Shown one piece after another: positions 1 to 9,691 of a DNA stretch of 64,000 nucleotides. The stretch is from assembly GCA_963745475.1 (NCBI GenBank), contig CAVUXN010000004.1, forward strand, positions 64,001 to 128,000. The letters run 5' to 3'. The position numbers and the translations under genes were made by a program. The DNA comes from an uncultured delta proteobacterium. GTDB taxonomy: Bacteria; Myxococcota; Myxococcia; Myxococcales; Myxococcaceae. How positions within the stretch are numbered: position 1 is the stretch's first letter; every line of letters begins with the position of its first letter. Under the pieces are notes generated by a model. The model worked only from the letters and a program-made list of their open reading frames with translations. It was not told the origin of the DNA and did not search any database.

Positions 1-446
1 GAGGCCTCCAGAGAATGCACGCTTCCCATGTAGAGGAGGCAGCCACCCTTTCCCGACGCCACCATCCGCCGCAGGCAGGCGCGGGTGGTGAGGAATGCCC
101 CATCGAGGTGAATGGCGAGCACCCGCCGCCAGGCCTCAAAGCTCAAGTCCACCACCGCCGAAATGTGTTGCACACCGGCGTTGCTCACCAGCACGTCCAC
201 TCCGCCGAATTGGCGCACCAGGGCCTCCACACCCTGTTCCACCTGCTCCTCTCGGGTGACGTCCATGGGGATGGCAATGGCGCCAGCGCTCTTTGCGGAA
301 ATGCTCTCGGCCACCCGTCCGGCACCGCCAGCGTCGACGTCTGCCACCCCCACCCGGGCACCTTCGCGGGCGAAGGCCTCGGCAATGGCGCGGCCAATGC
401 CGCTCGCGGCCCCCGTCACTAATGCAACGCGGTTCTTCATACGCAT
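1..446 (-). CDS. bdhA: 3-hydroxybutyrate dehydrogenase-like SDR oxidoreductase (3' end runs off the window)
   Basis: Manual translation of the minus strand: MRMKNRVALVTGAASGIG (TGxxxGIG), NAGVQH and MGSVHSLEAS, typical of BdhA; GGAG upstream; PHA genes nearby. Not in the ORF track. Confidence 0.75.
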   Translation of the reverse strand, partial: MRMKNRVALVTGAASGIGRAIAEAFAREGARVGVADVDAGGAGRVAESISAKSAGAIAIPMDVTREEQVEQGVEALVRQFGGVDVLVSNAGVQHISAVVDLSFEAWRRVLAIHLDGAFLTTRACLRRMVASGKGGCLLYMGSVHSLEA

Positions 447-607
447 GGCGTCATTCCCTTCTCCAACGCGGGCCCTGGGCGGAGCCAAGCTGGGTCACCG
501 AGGCCTTTCGGGACAGCATATGGGGGACGCGGCACATCTCCGTTGACCTTCGTGAGGCCGAGGCTAAGGTCGCGCTTCCGCCGCTCGTCGCGCGATGCGT
601 CGAAACC

Positions 608-1358
608 ATGCCCGCTGCTCTCGAGGCCCGAGGTCTCAGCAAAGCCTTCCACGGTTTTACCGCGGTCGACGGCGTCGACCTCGTGATTGAGGAGGGAGAA
701 ACGCACGCCATCATCGGCCCCAACGGAGCCGGGAAGACGACGCTCTTCAACCTCCTCTCGGGGTTTCTCACCCCCAACTCGGGCCAAGTGCTCCTCTTCG
801 GCGAGGACATCACCCGCATTGCGCCTCATAAGATTGTCCGCCTCGGGCTCTCCCGGTCATTTCAGAATCTCTTCCGTTTTTGACACGCTCAGTGTCCAAG
901 ACAACCTCCTGGTGTCCCTGCAGTCCAAATCCCCCCACCACTGGCGTTTCTGGGAGCGCCTCAGCGTCCTGCTCAAGTTTCAGCCTCGGGCCCGCGCAAT
1001 TCTGGAAGTGGTGCACGAACTCGGCCTGGCGCACCGACCGGCCTCGTCGCTCTCCCACGGCGAGAAGCGCAACTTGGAGATTGGGATTTCCCTGACCCAG
1101 GAGCCGCGGGTGCTCCTTCTGGACGAGCCGACCTCGGGGATGGGCACCGACGACGTCCAACGCATGGTGGCCCTCGGCAAGAAGGTAGCGCAGGGGCGGA
1201 CGTTGGTGTTGGTCGAGCACAACATGGGCGTGGTGGCCCAGCTCGCGGACAGAATCACCGTGCTGCAGCGCGGCCGGATTCTCGCCCAGGGCACGTATGA
1301 CGAGGTGCGGAAAAACCCGCACGTCATCGAGGCCTACCTCGGTGAGGAGGTCGTCTAG
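608..1358 (+). CDS. livG: Branched-chain-type ABC transporter ATP-binding subunit, apparent +1 frameshift at ~868
   Basis: Walker A GPNGAGKTT in one frame; LSHGEKR, LLLDEP and LVEHNM in the next frame; removing one A in cagaatc restores SFQISSVF. Confidence 0.85.
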
Positions 1359-1362
1359 GCCC

Positions 1363-2055
1363 GTGCTCGAGGTACGCGACCTTCAGGCGTACTACGGGAA
1401 GAGCCACGTGCTGCACGGTATCTCTTTGAGCGTGAAACCGGGCGAAGTGGTGAGCCTCATCGGGCGAAACGGCGCCGGAAAGAGCACCACGCTCAAGTCG
1501 GTGATGGGCGTCCTGCCCGACCGCCGCGGAACCATAACCCTCGACGGCCGCGACATTTCCCGGCTCACGTCGGACCGCATCGCGCGCATGGGCATCGCTT
1601 GGGTCCCAGAGGAGCGCGCGATTTTCTCCACCCTCACCGTGCGCGAGAACCTCGAACTCCCGCCCGTCCTCCGGCCCGGGGGCTGGACGACGGAGCGTGT
1701 CTACCAAACGTTCCCCATTCTCAAGGAGCGGGGCGCCTTGCCGGGGACGAAGCTGTCCGGCGGCGAGCAGCAGATGCTGGCGATGATGCGCGTCCTCCGG
1801 GCGGCGCCGCGCCTGTTGCTGCTCGACGAGCCATCGGAGGGCTTGGCGCCAGTCATCGTCCAGCGGATTGCCCAGATGGTGCTGGAGCTCAAAGCCCAAG
1901 GGCTGGCGGTGGTGCTGGTGGAACAGAATCTCCGGTTTGCACTCAAGGTCGCCGACCGCCACGTCCTGGTGGTCGACGGACGTTCGGTGGAAACGCTCAC
2001 CACCGAGCAAGTCCGAACACGCGAAAAGGAGCTTCTCGACTACTTGAGTGTGTAG
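1363..2055 (+). CDS. livF: Branched-chain-type ABC transporter ATP-binding subunit
   Basis: GRNGAGKST, LSGGEQQM, LLLDEPSEGL, VEQN; GTG start chosen. Confidence 0.9.
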   Translation: MLEVRDLQAYYGKSHVLHGISLSVKPGEVVSLIGRNGAGKSTTLKSVMGVLPDRRGTITLDGRDISRLTSDRIARMGIAWVPEERAIFSTLTVRENLELPPVLRPGGWTTERVYQTFPILKERGALPGTKLSGGEQQMLAMMRVLRAAPRLLLLDEPSEGLAPVIVQRIAQMVLELKAQGLAVVLVEQNLRFALKVADRHVLVVDGRSVETLTTEQVRTREKELLDYLSV

Positions 2056-2103
2056 GACCCGAAAACACAGCTGATTCTCTTCGCGCACCCCAAGGGAGGC
2101 CTC

Positions 2104-3309
2104 GTGAAAACCCCATTGCTGGCAGCACTGCTGCTCCTGGCGTCGACGGCGTCGGCGCAGCTCTCCGGAGACAAGATTAAAGTGGGCGTCCTGACCGACA
2201 TGAACGGCGTCTACTCGGCGCTCGCCGGCCCGGGCTCGGTGAAGGCCGCTCAGATGGCCGCCGACGCCTTCATGAAGAAGCATCCCGAGTATGCCGGCAA
2301 GGTGGAAGTCAGTTACGCCGACCACCAAAACAAGCCCGACGTCGCCACCAACAAGGCCCTGGAGATGATTGAGCGCGACGGTGTCGACGCCATCTTCGAC
2401 ACGCCCAACTCCGCCTGTGCCCTGGCTGTGGCAGGGGTGGTGAAGACGCGGAATGCCATTTTCATCGTCGTGGGGGCGGGCACGAGCGAGCTCACCAACG
2501 AGCAGTGCAACATCCACACCTTCCACTACGGCTACGACAACTGGATGCTGGCCAATGGCACGGGAACGCTGGTCACCAAGCGCGGAGGGAAGACTTGGTT
2601 CATGATTTACCCGAAATACAAGTTTGGGCAGAACCTCGAGGCCCAGATGCGAAAAGCGGTCGAGGCTGCAGGGGGAAAGCTTGTTGCCCCAAGTGAGCCA
2701 ACGCCTTTCCCCAACACCGACTTCTCGAGCTTTCTCCTCAAGGCGCAGTCCTTGAAACCACAGATTTTCGGCACCATGCAGGCCGGCAACGACTTGGTAA
2801 ACGTTGTGAAGCAGTACAACGAGTTCGCGCTGAAGAAGGCCGGCATTGGCCTGGCCATCGGACTCCTCTTCGACACCGACGTCGACGCGCTCGGCCAGGA
2901 CGCCTACGCCGGCGCCATTGTGACGCTGCCGTGGTTCTGGAATCTCGACGCTCAGAGCCGAGCCTGGAGCGCCGGCTTCGAGAAGGCCTTCGGAAAGAAG
3001 CCCTCCTGGGTCCATGGCGGCGTCTATTCGGCCGTCACCACCTACCTGGAGGCGGTGGCGCGGGCGAAGTCAGACAACGCGGACAAGGTGCGCGCTGCGC
3101 TCGAGGGCTTCCAATTCAATGACTTCTTCGCGCGCAATGCATCCATCCGCCCCCAGGACCATGTCCTGCTGCTCGATGTGCTTCAGGTGGAGGTGAAGCC
3201 GAAGAGCGAGGCAAAGGAAGAGCGCGACTACTTCAAGGTCCTCAATAAGACCCCTGCGGCCCAGGCGTTCATGCCGCTCTCCGAGTCCGTTTGCCAGATG
3301 GGCAAGTAG
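2104..3309 (+). CDS. ABC transporter periplasmic substrate-binding protein (Liv/type 1 PBP family)
   Basis: Signal peptide, KVGVLTDMNGVYS and ADHQNKPD motifs; GGAGG RBS. Confidence 0.9.
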   Translation: MKTPLLAALLLLASTASAQLSGDKIKVGVLTDMNGVYSALAGPGSVKAAQMAADAFMKKHPEYAGKVEVSYADHQNKPDVATNKALEMIERDGVDAIFDTPNSACALAVAGVVKTRNAIFIVVGAGTSELTNEQCNIHTFHYGYDNWMLANGTGTLVTKRGGKTWFMIYPKYKFGQNLEAQMRKAVEAAGGKLVAPSEPTPFPNTDFSSFLLKAQSLKPQIFGTMQAGNDLVNVVKQYNEFALKKAGIGLAIGLLFDTDVDALGQDAYAGAIVTLPWFWNLDAQSRAWSAGFEKAFGKKPSWVHGGVYSAVTTYLEAVARAKSDNADKVRAALEGFQFNDFFARNASIRPQDHVLLLDVLQVEVKPKSEAKEERDYFKVLNKTPAAQAFMPLSESVCQMGK

Positions 3310-3345
3310 CTCCCACCGCAAGCCGAGGGAGGGACGAGGGCTTCT

Positions 3346-4221
3346 ATGGCGCGCTTGCTGGTCATCCAGATTTTCAATGGGCTGGTGAACGGCGCGTTTT
3401 ACGCTCTGCTTTCCCTCGGGCTAGCGGTCATCTTCGGGATGTTACGCATCGTGAACTTCGCTCACGGTGCGATGTACATGCTGGGGGCATTCACCGCTTA
3501 CAGCCTCGGAGAGCGTTTCGGCCTGGGCTTTTGGCCCTGCCTGGTCATCGCTCCCCTGTTGCTCGGGCTGTTCGGCATTCTCATCGAGCGCACCATGCTC
3601 CGGCGACTGTACAACCTCGCGCCGGCCTACAACCTCTTGCTGACCTTCGGCCTGACGCTCGTCATTCAGGACGGAGTTCGGCTGGCGTACGGCATCAGCG
3701 GCGCGCCCTACGCCGGCCCGTCCCAGCTCGCGGGCGTCACCAACCTCGGCTTCGTGGTGTTTCCCACCTACCGGCTCTTCGTCATCGTCCTCTCGATGGC
3801 GGTTTGCGCCGTTACCTTCTATCTCATCGAGCGCACCCGACTCGGAGCGGTGGTGCGGGCGTGCACCGAGAACCCCACCGTGACGCGAACGTTCGGCGTC
3901 GATGTGTCGCTGTGGGTGACCGCTGTCTTCGGATTTGGCACTGCCCTGGCTGGGCTGGCGGGCGTCTTGGCGGCGCCCATTTACAGCGTCGACCCGCTGA
4001 TGGGCTCCGAACTCATCGTCACCACCTTCGCGGTGGTGGTCATTGGCGGAATGGGAAGCATCCTCGGCTCGGTCATCACCGGCTTCACCGTGGGCGTTCT
4101 GGTGGCCATCGGCTCCGCGCTCTACCCGCCCATCGCCAACACCCTGGTCTTCATTCTCATGGCAGTGGTGCTCCTGGTGCGGCCCACCGGCCTCTTCGGC
4201 CTCCCGGAGGGCGGCCGATGA
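3346..4221 (+). CDS. livH: Branched-chain-type ABC transporter permease
   Basis: NGLVNGAFYALLSLGLAVIFG..IVNFAHG, VVVIGGMGS, RPTGLFG. Confidence 0.9.
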   Translation: MARLLVIQIFNGLVNGAFYALLSLGLAVIFGMLRIVNFAHGAMYMLGAFTAYSLGERFGLGFWPCLVIAPLLLGLFGILIERTMLRRLYNLAPAYNLLLTFGLTLVIQDGVRLAYGISGAPYAGPSQLAGVTNLGFVVFPTYRLFVIVLSMAVCAVTFYLIERTRLGAVVRACTENPTVTRTFGVDVSLWVTAVFGFGTALAGLAGVLAAPIYSVDPLMGSELIVTTFAVVVIGGMGSILGSVITGFTVGVLVAIGSALYPPIANTLVFILMAVVLLVRPTGLFGLPEGGR

Positions 4222-5174
4222 CGGCGGCCCAGCGCAGATGGCTCACCTTCGCCGTGGCGCTGGTGGTGCTGTGCGGGCTTCCCTTCGTCATCTACCCAGT
4301 GGTGGCGCTGGACATCCTCTGCTTCGGACTCTTCGCGCTGGCCTTCGACCTTGTCTTTGGACAGGTCGGACTTTTGTCTTTCGGCCATGCCGCCTTTTGG
4401 GGGACGAGTGCCTACGTCACCGGCTACCTGTTGCTCCACGCCGGGGTGAGCGTGCCGGTGGCCATGCTCGGCGGCACGGTGGCCGCCTTTCTCATCGCCA
4501 TCCCCATCGGGTTTCTGTCGATTCGCAGCGTGGGCATCTACTTCTCGATGATTACGCTCGCCTTCGGACAGATGATCGACTTCATCGCCAAGCAGTGGGA
4601 GGACGTGACGGGCGGCGAGAGCGGGATGCCCAACATCCCAAGGCCGTCCCTCCTCGGCCTCGACTTCGACAAGCCCATGCACGCCTATTGGTTTGGGCTG
4701 GTGGTGGCGGGTTTCGGCGCGCTGGTGGCTTTTCGCACCATCCACTCGCCCTTCGGAGCGGCGCTACGGGCCATACGCGACAACGACACCCGGGCGCAGA
4801 GCGTCGGTTACGCCACTTGGGCTCACAAGCTGATGGCCTTTCTGCTGTCCGCGGCCCTCTCGGGACTGGCTGGGGCACTCTTCGTGGTCGCCCACGCCGT
4901 GGTGTCCCTGGACGTACTCTCCTGGACGACCAGCGGACAAGTCGTCATGACGACGCTGCTCGGGGGTAGCGGCACCTTCCTCGGTCCCCTGGTAGGAAGC
5001 GCCGTCACTGTCCTATTGCGAGATGCGCTGTCCCGCTCCACCGCGGCCACGGGGCTGGTGACGGGACTGGTCTTCGTGGTGACAGTGCTTTTCTTCCGCC
5101 GCGGCATTGTCGGCACGCTGGCCGAACTTTGGGCACGCCGGCGCGCCCGGAGCCTGGGGAAACCCGCGGGGTGA
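4218..5174 (+). CDS. livM: Branched-chain-type ABC transporter permease
   Basis: GLLSFGHAAF, YFSMITLAFGQ, TGGESG, LLGGSGT; ATGA overlap with livH. Confidence 0.9.
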   Translation: MTAAQRRWLTFAVALVVLCGLPFVIYPVVALDILCFGLFALAFDLVFGQVGLLSFGHAAFWGTSAYVTGYLLLHAGVSVPVAMLGGTVAAFLIAIPIGFLSIRSVGIYFSMITLAFGQMIDFIAKQWEDVTGGESGMPNIPRPSLLGLDFDKPMHAYWFGLVVAGFGALVAFRTIHSPFGAALRAIRDNDTRAQSVGYATWAHKLMAFLLSAALSGLAGALFVVAHAVVSLDVLSWTTSGQVVMTTLLGGSGTFLGPLVGSAVTVLLRDALSRSTAATGLVTGLVFVVTVLFFRRGIVGTLAELWARRRARSLGKPAG

Positions 5175-5186
5175 GGCCGACCTCGC

Positions 5187-7136
5187 TTACCCCTTCTTCC
5201 GAGGATTCGCCTGGAGTGCCAGAAGGGCCTCCCGGCTCGAGTCGAACATCTCCGGCGGGACGTGGTGGTGGGCCAGAGAGTGGCCGAGGCTGAGGCGCAA
5301 AAAGGCGCTGCTCGTGTAGCGGGTCACCTTCTCGTAGAAACGCTCCATGAGCTGCTCCACGAGCTCGGCGTAGGGTTCCATCAACTCGGGCGCAATGTTG
5401 AAGCCGTCGTAATTCACCACCACCCGTACCCGCCGGCCCAAGGGCGAGCAGCGCTGCTCGACGGTTTCGGCGATGGAGGCGAGCTGGCTTCTCTTCTTGA
5501 GCGCGAGCCCGCTGAAGTCGATGAAGAGAATCTCGCTTGGGGCGTCGAAGCGGATGCGCTCGGCCAGGGATTTTGACTCCAGTGACGCCCTGAGGCCCAT
5601 CATCTCCGGGAGAAAGAGGCGCACGTCCATGGTGGCCAGCTTCGGCGCGCGCAAGGGCTCGAAGTCCATGTTCCCCAAGACGTCGTCCAGCCCAATCCCC
5701 GGCGCCACCTCGATGAGCTCGAGCCCGTCTCGGCTGAGCCGGAACACGCAGCGCTCGGTGACGTAGAGCGCTTCGCGATTGCCCTTCAGGGACTGAGCCG
5801 CGCTGAAGCTCACCTGCTCGACGCTGCGGATGAATTTCCGGACCTTGCCCTCGCGGAGAATGTGCAGCTTTCCCCCTTTGACTTCCACCTCCAGACCACC
5901 GCAGGTGAAGGTACCGACGAAGACGACTTTGCGCGCATTCTGGCTGATGTTGATGAAGCCCCCGCACCCGGCGAAGGTGCGGCCAAAGCGGCTCACATTG
6001 ACGTTCCCGGCCGCGTCGCACTGGGCCATGCCCAGACAGGCGAGGTCCAGCCCCCCGCCGTCGTAGAAGTCGAATTGCTGGTTTTGGTCGATGAGGGCCT
6101 CGGTGTTGGTAGCCGCCCCGAAGTCGAGTCCCCCTGCGGGAAGCCCTCCGATGACTCCCGGCTCGGCGGTGAGGGTGAGGAGGGGCAGAAGTCCTTCCTC
6201 TTGGGCGACACCCGCGACGCCTTCCGGCATGCCAATGCCGAGGTTGATGATGCTTCCTGGAAGGAGCTCCATCGCCGCGCGCCGGGAGACGATTTTGCGC
6301 TCGTTCAAGACGGCGGGGGGGATGGCCTCCAAGACGCCGCGCGTCTCGCCGGAGTACGCGGGATTGTACTGGGTGGCATACGTTTGCCAGTGGTGCTCGG
6401 GCCTGGCCACGGCCACGCAGTCCACCAGGGCTCCCGGAATTTTCACCGCCCGCGCCGACAGCGAACCGGCCTGAGCCACGCGTTCCACCTGGACGATGAC
6501 CAGGCCGCCGCTGTTCTTCGCCGCCATGGCCATGGCCAGGTTGTCCAGCGTCAGGGACTCGCGCTCCATGGTGACGTTGCCTGCGGTGTCGGCCGTCGTC
6601 CCGCGCAAGAGCGCCACGTGAATGGGAAAAGCTTTGTAGAGGAGCCACTCCGTGCCGTGCAGCTCGAGCAGCTCCACCAAGTCCTCGTGGGTGGTGCTGT
6701 TGACCTTCCCGCCCCCGTGGCGTGGGTCGACGAAAGTACCGAGCCCCACCTTGGACAGCGTCCCCGGTTTGTGCGCGGCGATGTCCCGGTACAGCTGGGA
6801 AATGCAGCCCTGGGGCAGGTTGTAGGCTTCGATTTCTCCGGCCAGCGCGAGGGCGCCCAGCCGCGGAATGAGCCCCCAGTGTCCCCCCACCGCGCGCCGG
6901 ATGAGACCGGGAAGCGCCAAGCGATTGAGGCCCCGGGTTTTGCCGTCGCCCTGGCCCGCGGCGAACACCAAGGTCAACTCCCGGGGCGTCCCCGACGCCT
7001 CGAAAGCCCTGGCCACGGCGTCGATGAGGGCGTCCGGCGTCCCATTGCCGACGAATCCCGAGGTGGCAATGGTGTCGCGCGGCCGCACCAGGGCGACCGC
7101 TTCCTCGACACTCGTCACCTTGTTGACGCCCAGCAT
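5187..7136 (-). CDS. Acyl-CoA:acetate/propionate CoA-transferase (fused alpha/beta, YdiF/Pct family) with C-terminal extension
   Basis: [30 protein letters not shown] (catalytic Glu), [20 protein letters not shown]. Confidence 0.88.
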   Translation of the reverse strand: MLGVNKVTSVEEAVALVRPRDTIATSGFVGNGTPDALIDAVARAFEASGTPRELTLVFAAGQGDGKTRGLNRLALPGLIRRAVGGHWGLIPRLGALALAGEIEAYNLPQGCISQLYRDIAAHKPGTLSKVGLGTFVDPRHGGGKVNSTTHEDLVELLELHGTEWLLYKAFPIHVALLRGTTADTAGNVTMERESLTLDNLAMAMAAKNSGGLVIVQVERVAQAGSLSARAVKIPGALVDCVAVARPEHHWQTYATQYNPAYSGETRGVLEAIPPAVLNERKIVSRRAAMELLPGSIINLGIGMPEGVAGVAQEEGLLPLLTLTAEPGVIGGLPAGGLDFGAATNTEALIDQNQQFDFYDGGGLDLACLGMAQCDAAGNVNVSRFGRTFAGCGGFINISQNARKVVFVGTFTCGGLEVEVKGGKLHILREGKVRKFIRSVEQVSFSAAQSLKGNREALYVTERCVFRLSRDGLELIEVAPGIGLDDVLGNMDFEPLRAPKLATMDVRLFLPEMMGLRASLESKSLAERIRFDAPSEILFIDFSGLALKKRSQLASIAETVEQRCSPLGRRVRVVVNYDGFNIAPELMEPYAELVEQLMERFYEKVTRYTSSAFLRLSLGHSLAHHHVPPEMFDSSREALLALQANPRKKG

Positions 7137-7231
7137 GGCCGAGCTCCCGGCGGCCTCGTGCGGAACGCCATCCGGACCCCCCAGGGACTAGAGTCGAGCC
7201 CGCTTGGAGCCGTCAAGGCGCTCAACAGCGC

Positions 7232-7263
7232 AAAAAAAAGGGAGCCCCAGCTGTGGAGCTCCC
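7232..7263 (-). terminator. Intrinsic terminator downstream of the phasin-like gene
   Basis: Minus strand GGGAGCTCCA-loop-TGGGGCTCCC followed by T8. Confidence 0.85.
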
Positions 7264-7337
7264 ACCCAGCCGCCCAAGAGCGAGGGGCCCAGACTCAAGG
7301 GCCCTCTTCTTGGCCGGGGGTCTATACCGGTCGAAGC

Positions 7338-7613
7338 CTAGGCCTTGTCCGGAGCAATCATCGCCGCAGTGCGGCGCGTCGCGTCGAGAAACAGCTTCCG
7401 GAATTCGGCGCTGGCCTTCTCGGTAAGGGCCAGGGACTCCTTGGCAATGCGGCCCGCCTCCTCGAAACCCGTCACGGCCTGCGCAACGGCCTTGCTCTCG
7501 AGCTTCGCCAGCTCGCCCAGGCCGGTCTCAACCCGGCTCACCTGCTCCGACACCATCCGGCTCCACTCACCGACAACTTGCTGCACCTGCGAAGACTTCG
7601 TTCCGTCTGCCAT
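7338..7613 (-). CDS. Small helical phasin-like protein
   Basis: 91 aa, Ala/Glu-rich amphipathic helical pattern, GGAG RBS, own terminator, directly downstream of phaR. Confidence 0.6.
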   Translation of the reverse strand: MADGTKSSQVQQVVGEWSRMVSEQVSRVETGLGELAKLESKAVAQAVTGFEEAGRIAKESLALTEKASAEFRKLFLDATRRTAAMIAPDKA

Positions 7614-7698
7614 GATCATTCTCCATCGGTTCCGCTCGACGCGTCCATCGCGCCTGCAACGAGACTCTAACCGTCGACCGGAGCCTGTCAATCAAAAA

Positions 7699-7713
7699 TG
7701 CTGCGCTGCAACA
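7699..7713. promoter_or_regulatory. Candidate PhaR operator
   Basis: Pseudo-palindrome TGCTGC-GCT-GCAACA flanked by A-tracts; matches the TGC-N3-GCA core reported for PhaR sites. Confidence 0.55.
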
Positions 7714-7720
7714 AAATCAG

Positions 7721-8224
7721 CTACCTGCGGCGCTTCCGGACGCTCTTTTTGAGGGCGTCCACCTCCCGCCGGAGCGCCTCCACTTCCGCGGAGACGGAAG
7801 CCGGTGGAGTCGCCAGGCCACCCCCACCCCGCTCGGCTCCGAGGAAAGCGCCAAACGCATCGGTGGGAGCAAATGCTGAGGCGAAGGGGTTGAAGGCGCT
7901 GACGGCGCCCATCCCCTGGCGCGCCTGCAGGTAGAACTCCAGGGCGCGCGTCACGTACCGGCCAAGGAAGTCTGCGAGGGCGTCGTCCCCCATCCGAATC
8001 AGCTGGTGCAAGAGGGGAATGGGGAGAAGCTGTCCGGCGTTGCGGTCTTCCAGGATGACTTGGGCCAGGGTGGGCTGGGTGAGGTCGACCCCCGTCTTCG
8101 CATCCACGACTCGCACCTCGGCTCCCTTTCTAATTTTCGTCGCAATCTCGCCCAGTGTGACGTAGCGGCTCGCCTCCGCGTCATAGAGCCGCCGGTTTCC
8201 GTACTTCTTGATGGTGACCGACAT
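7721..8224 (-). CDS. phaR: Polyhydroxyalkanoate synthesis repressor
   Basis: N-terminal IKKYGNRRLYD..SRYVTL..V.DAKTG.DLT..TL.Q.I signature. Confidence 0.9.
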   Translation of the reverse strand: MSVTIKKYGNRRLYDAEASRYVTLGEIATKIRKGAEVRVVDAKTGVDLTQPTLAQVILEDRNAGQLLPIPLLHQLIRMGDDALADFLGRYVTRALEFYLQARQGMGAVSAFNPFASAFAPTDAFGAFLGAERGGGGLATPPASVSAEVEALRREVDALKKSVRKRRR

Positions 8225-8391
8225 GGAGCGCTCTCCTTGAACTGGGGCTGCTCGCGAGGTGCTTACACCACCCAGGCCTGCGCCTCCACACGCCGGCTTC
8301 AATTGCAAGTGCGAAATGTAAGTGAGCATGTGCAGCATTGCGACCGACGGAGACTCTCTTTCGTCGGCCCGAGCCGTTAGGCTCCCGTCCC

Positions 8392-9603
8392 ATGTATTTT
8401 GCCTACCAACTGCAGCGTGGACTCCAGGAGCCGCTCCACCTTTGGGCGACCATCCAGCAAGCCGTCTGGTCGCACCCCGCACTCCCGGAAACTCCCCTCA
8501 CCCGGACGCTGGTGGCCATGAGCGAGCTCGTGGAACGCTCCACGCGCTTCTACGCCAAGCCTTCCTTCGGGCTCACCTCCACCACCCTCGGCGAGCGCAC
8601 CGTCCCGGTGGTGGAGAAACGCGCTCAGCGCACCCCCTTTTGCGAACTCGTCCACTTCGAGCGCGAAGGGGGCGCCTCAAGCCCCAAAGTGCTCCTCGTC
8701 GCTCCCCTCTCTGGCCATCACGCCACCCTCTTGCGCGAGACGGTGCGCGAGCTGCTTGGGGACCACGACGTCTACCTCACGGACTGGGTGGACGCGCGGC
8801 GCATTCCCGTCTCGGCCGGCCCGTTTGACTTGGAGGACTATGTGGCCTTGGTCCAGGTCCTTCTTCGAGAGCTTGGCCCGGACGTCCACGTCATCTCCGT
8901 CTGCCAACCCGCGGTCGCTGTCCTGACGGCGGTGTCCCTCCTTGCCGAAGACGAGCCCGAGGCCCAGCCCCGCACCATGGCGCTCCTCGCCGGACCGGTG
9001 GACAGCCGCGTCAATCCCACCGAGGTCAACCGGCTGGCGCGCGCACAGCCGCTGGCATGGTTTGAGCGCTGGGCGGTGGACACCGTGCCAGCAACGGAGG
9101 CCGGCGCCGGGCGGCGGGTGTGCCCGGGCTTCTTCCAGCTTTCGGGTTTCGTCTCGATGAACGCCGACCGGCACTGGACCGCGCACTGCAAGCTGTTTCG
9201 CGACCTGGCGGAAGGAGACGAGGAGGGCGCCGCCACAGGCCGGCGTTTCTACGACGAGTACCTGGCGGTGATGGACTTGCCGGCGGAGTACTACCTACAG
9301 ACGGTGCGTTCCGTCTTCCAAGAGGACGCTCTGGCACTGGGGACGCTGACGCTGAAGAACGGCCGACGCGTGCGGCCGGCCGCCATCACCCGGACGGCGC
9401 TCCTGACGGTGGAAGGCGAGAAGGACGACATCACCGGGCTCGGACAAACAAGGGCCGCCCACGCGCTGTGTGCGGGCATCGCCGCGGAAAAGAAGGAGCA
9501 CCACCAGCAGCCTGGCGCGGGGCACTACGGCGTCTTCACCGGCCGGAGATGGCGAGAAGGGGTCGCCCCCCGGATTCGGGACTTCATTCGCCGGCACGCG
9601 TAG
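8392..9603 (+). CDS. phaZ: Intracellular PHB depolymerase
   Basis: VAPLSGHHATLLR, ISVCQP (Cys nucleophile), VEGEKDDI, GHYGVF. Confidence 0.92.
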   Translation: MYFAYQLQRGLQEPLHLWATIQQAVWSHPALPETPLTRTLVAMSELVERSTRFYAKPSFGLTSTTLGERTVPVVEKRAQRTPFCELVHFEREGGASSPKVLLVAPLSGHHATLLRETVRELLGDHDVYLTDWVDARRIPVSAGPFDLEDYVALVQVLLRELGPDVHVISVCQPAVAVLTAVSLLAEDEPEAQPRTMALLAGPVDSRVNPTEVNRLARAQPLAWFERWAVDTVPATEAGAGRRVCPGFFQLSGFVSMNADRHWTAHCKLFRDLAEGDEEGAATGRRFYDEYLAVMDLPAEYYLQTVRSVFQEDALALGTLTLKNGRRVRPAAITRTALLTVEGEKDDITGLGQTRAAHALCAGIAAEKKEHHQQPGAGHYGVFTGRRWREGVAPRIRDFIRRHA

Positions 9604-9604
9604 C

Positions 9605-9624
9605 CCAAGCCTACTTAGGCTTGG
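9605..9624. repeat. Perfect 9-bp inverted repeat directly after the phaZ stop
   Basis: CCAAGCCTA-CT-TAGGCTTGG; no U-tract. Confidence 0.7.
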
Positions 9625-9691
9625 CACACACCCTCCTCCTTGACGGGCAAGACGGTACCGCCCTTAGCATCTCCCGCCTCGCCTGCTTCCG

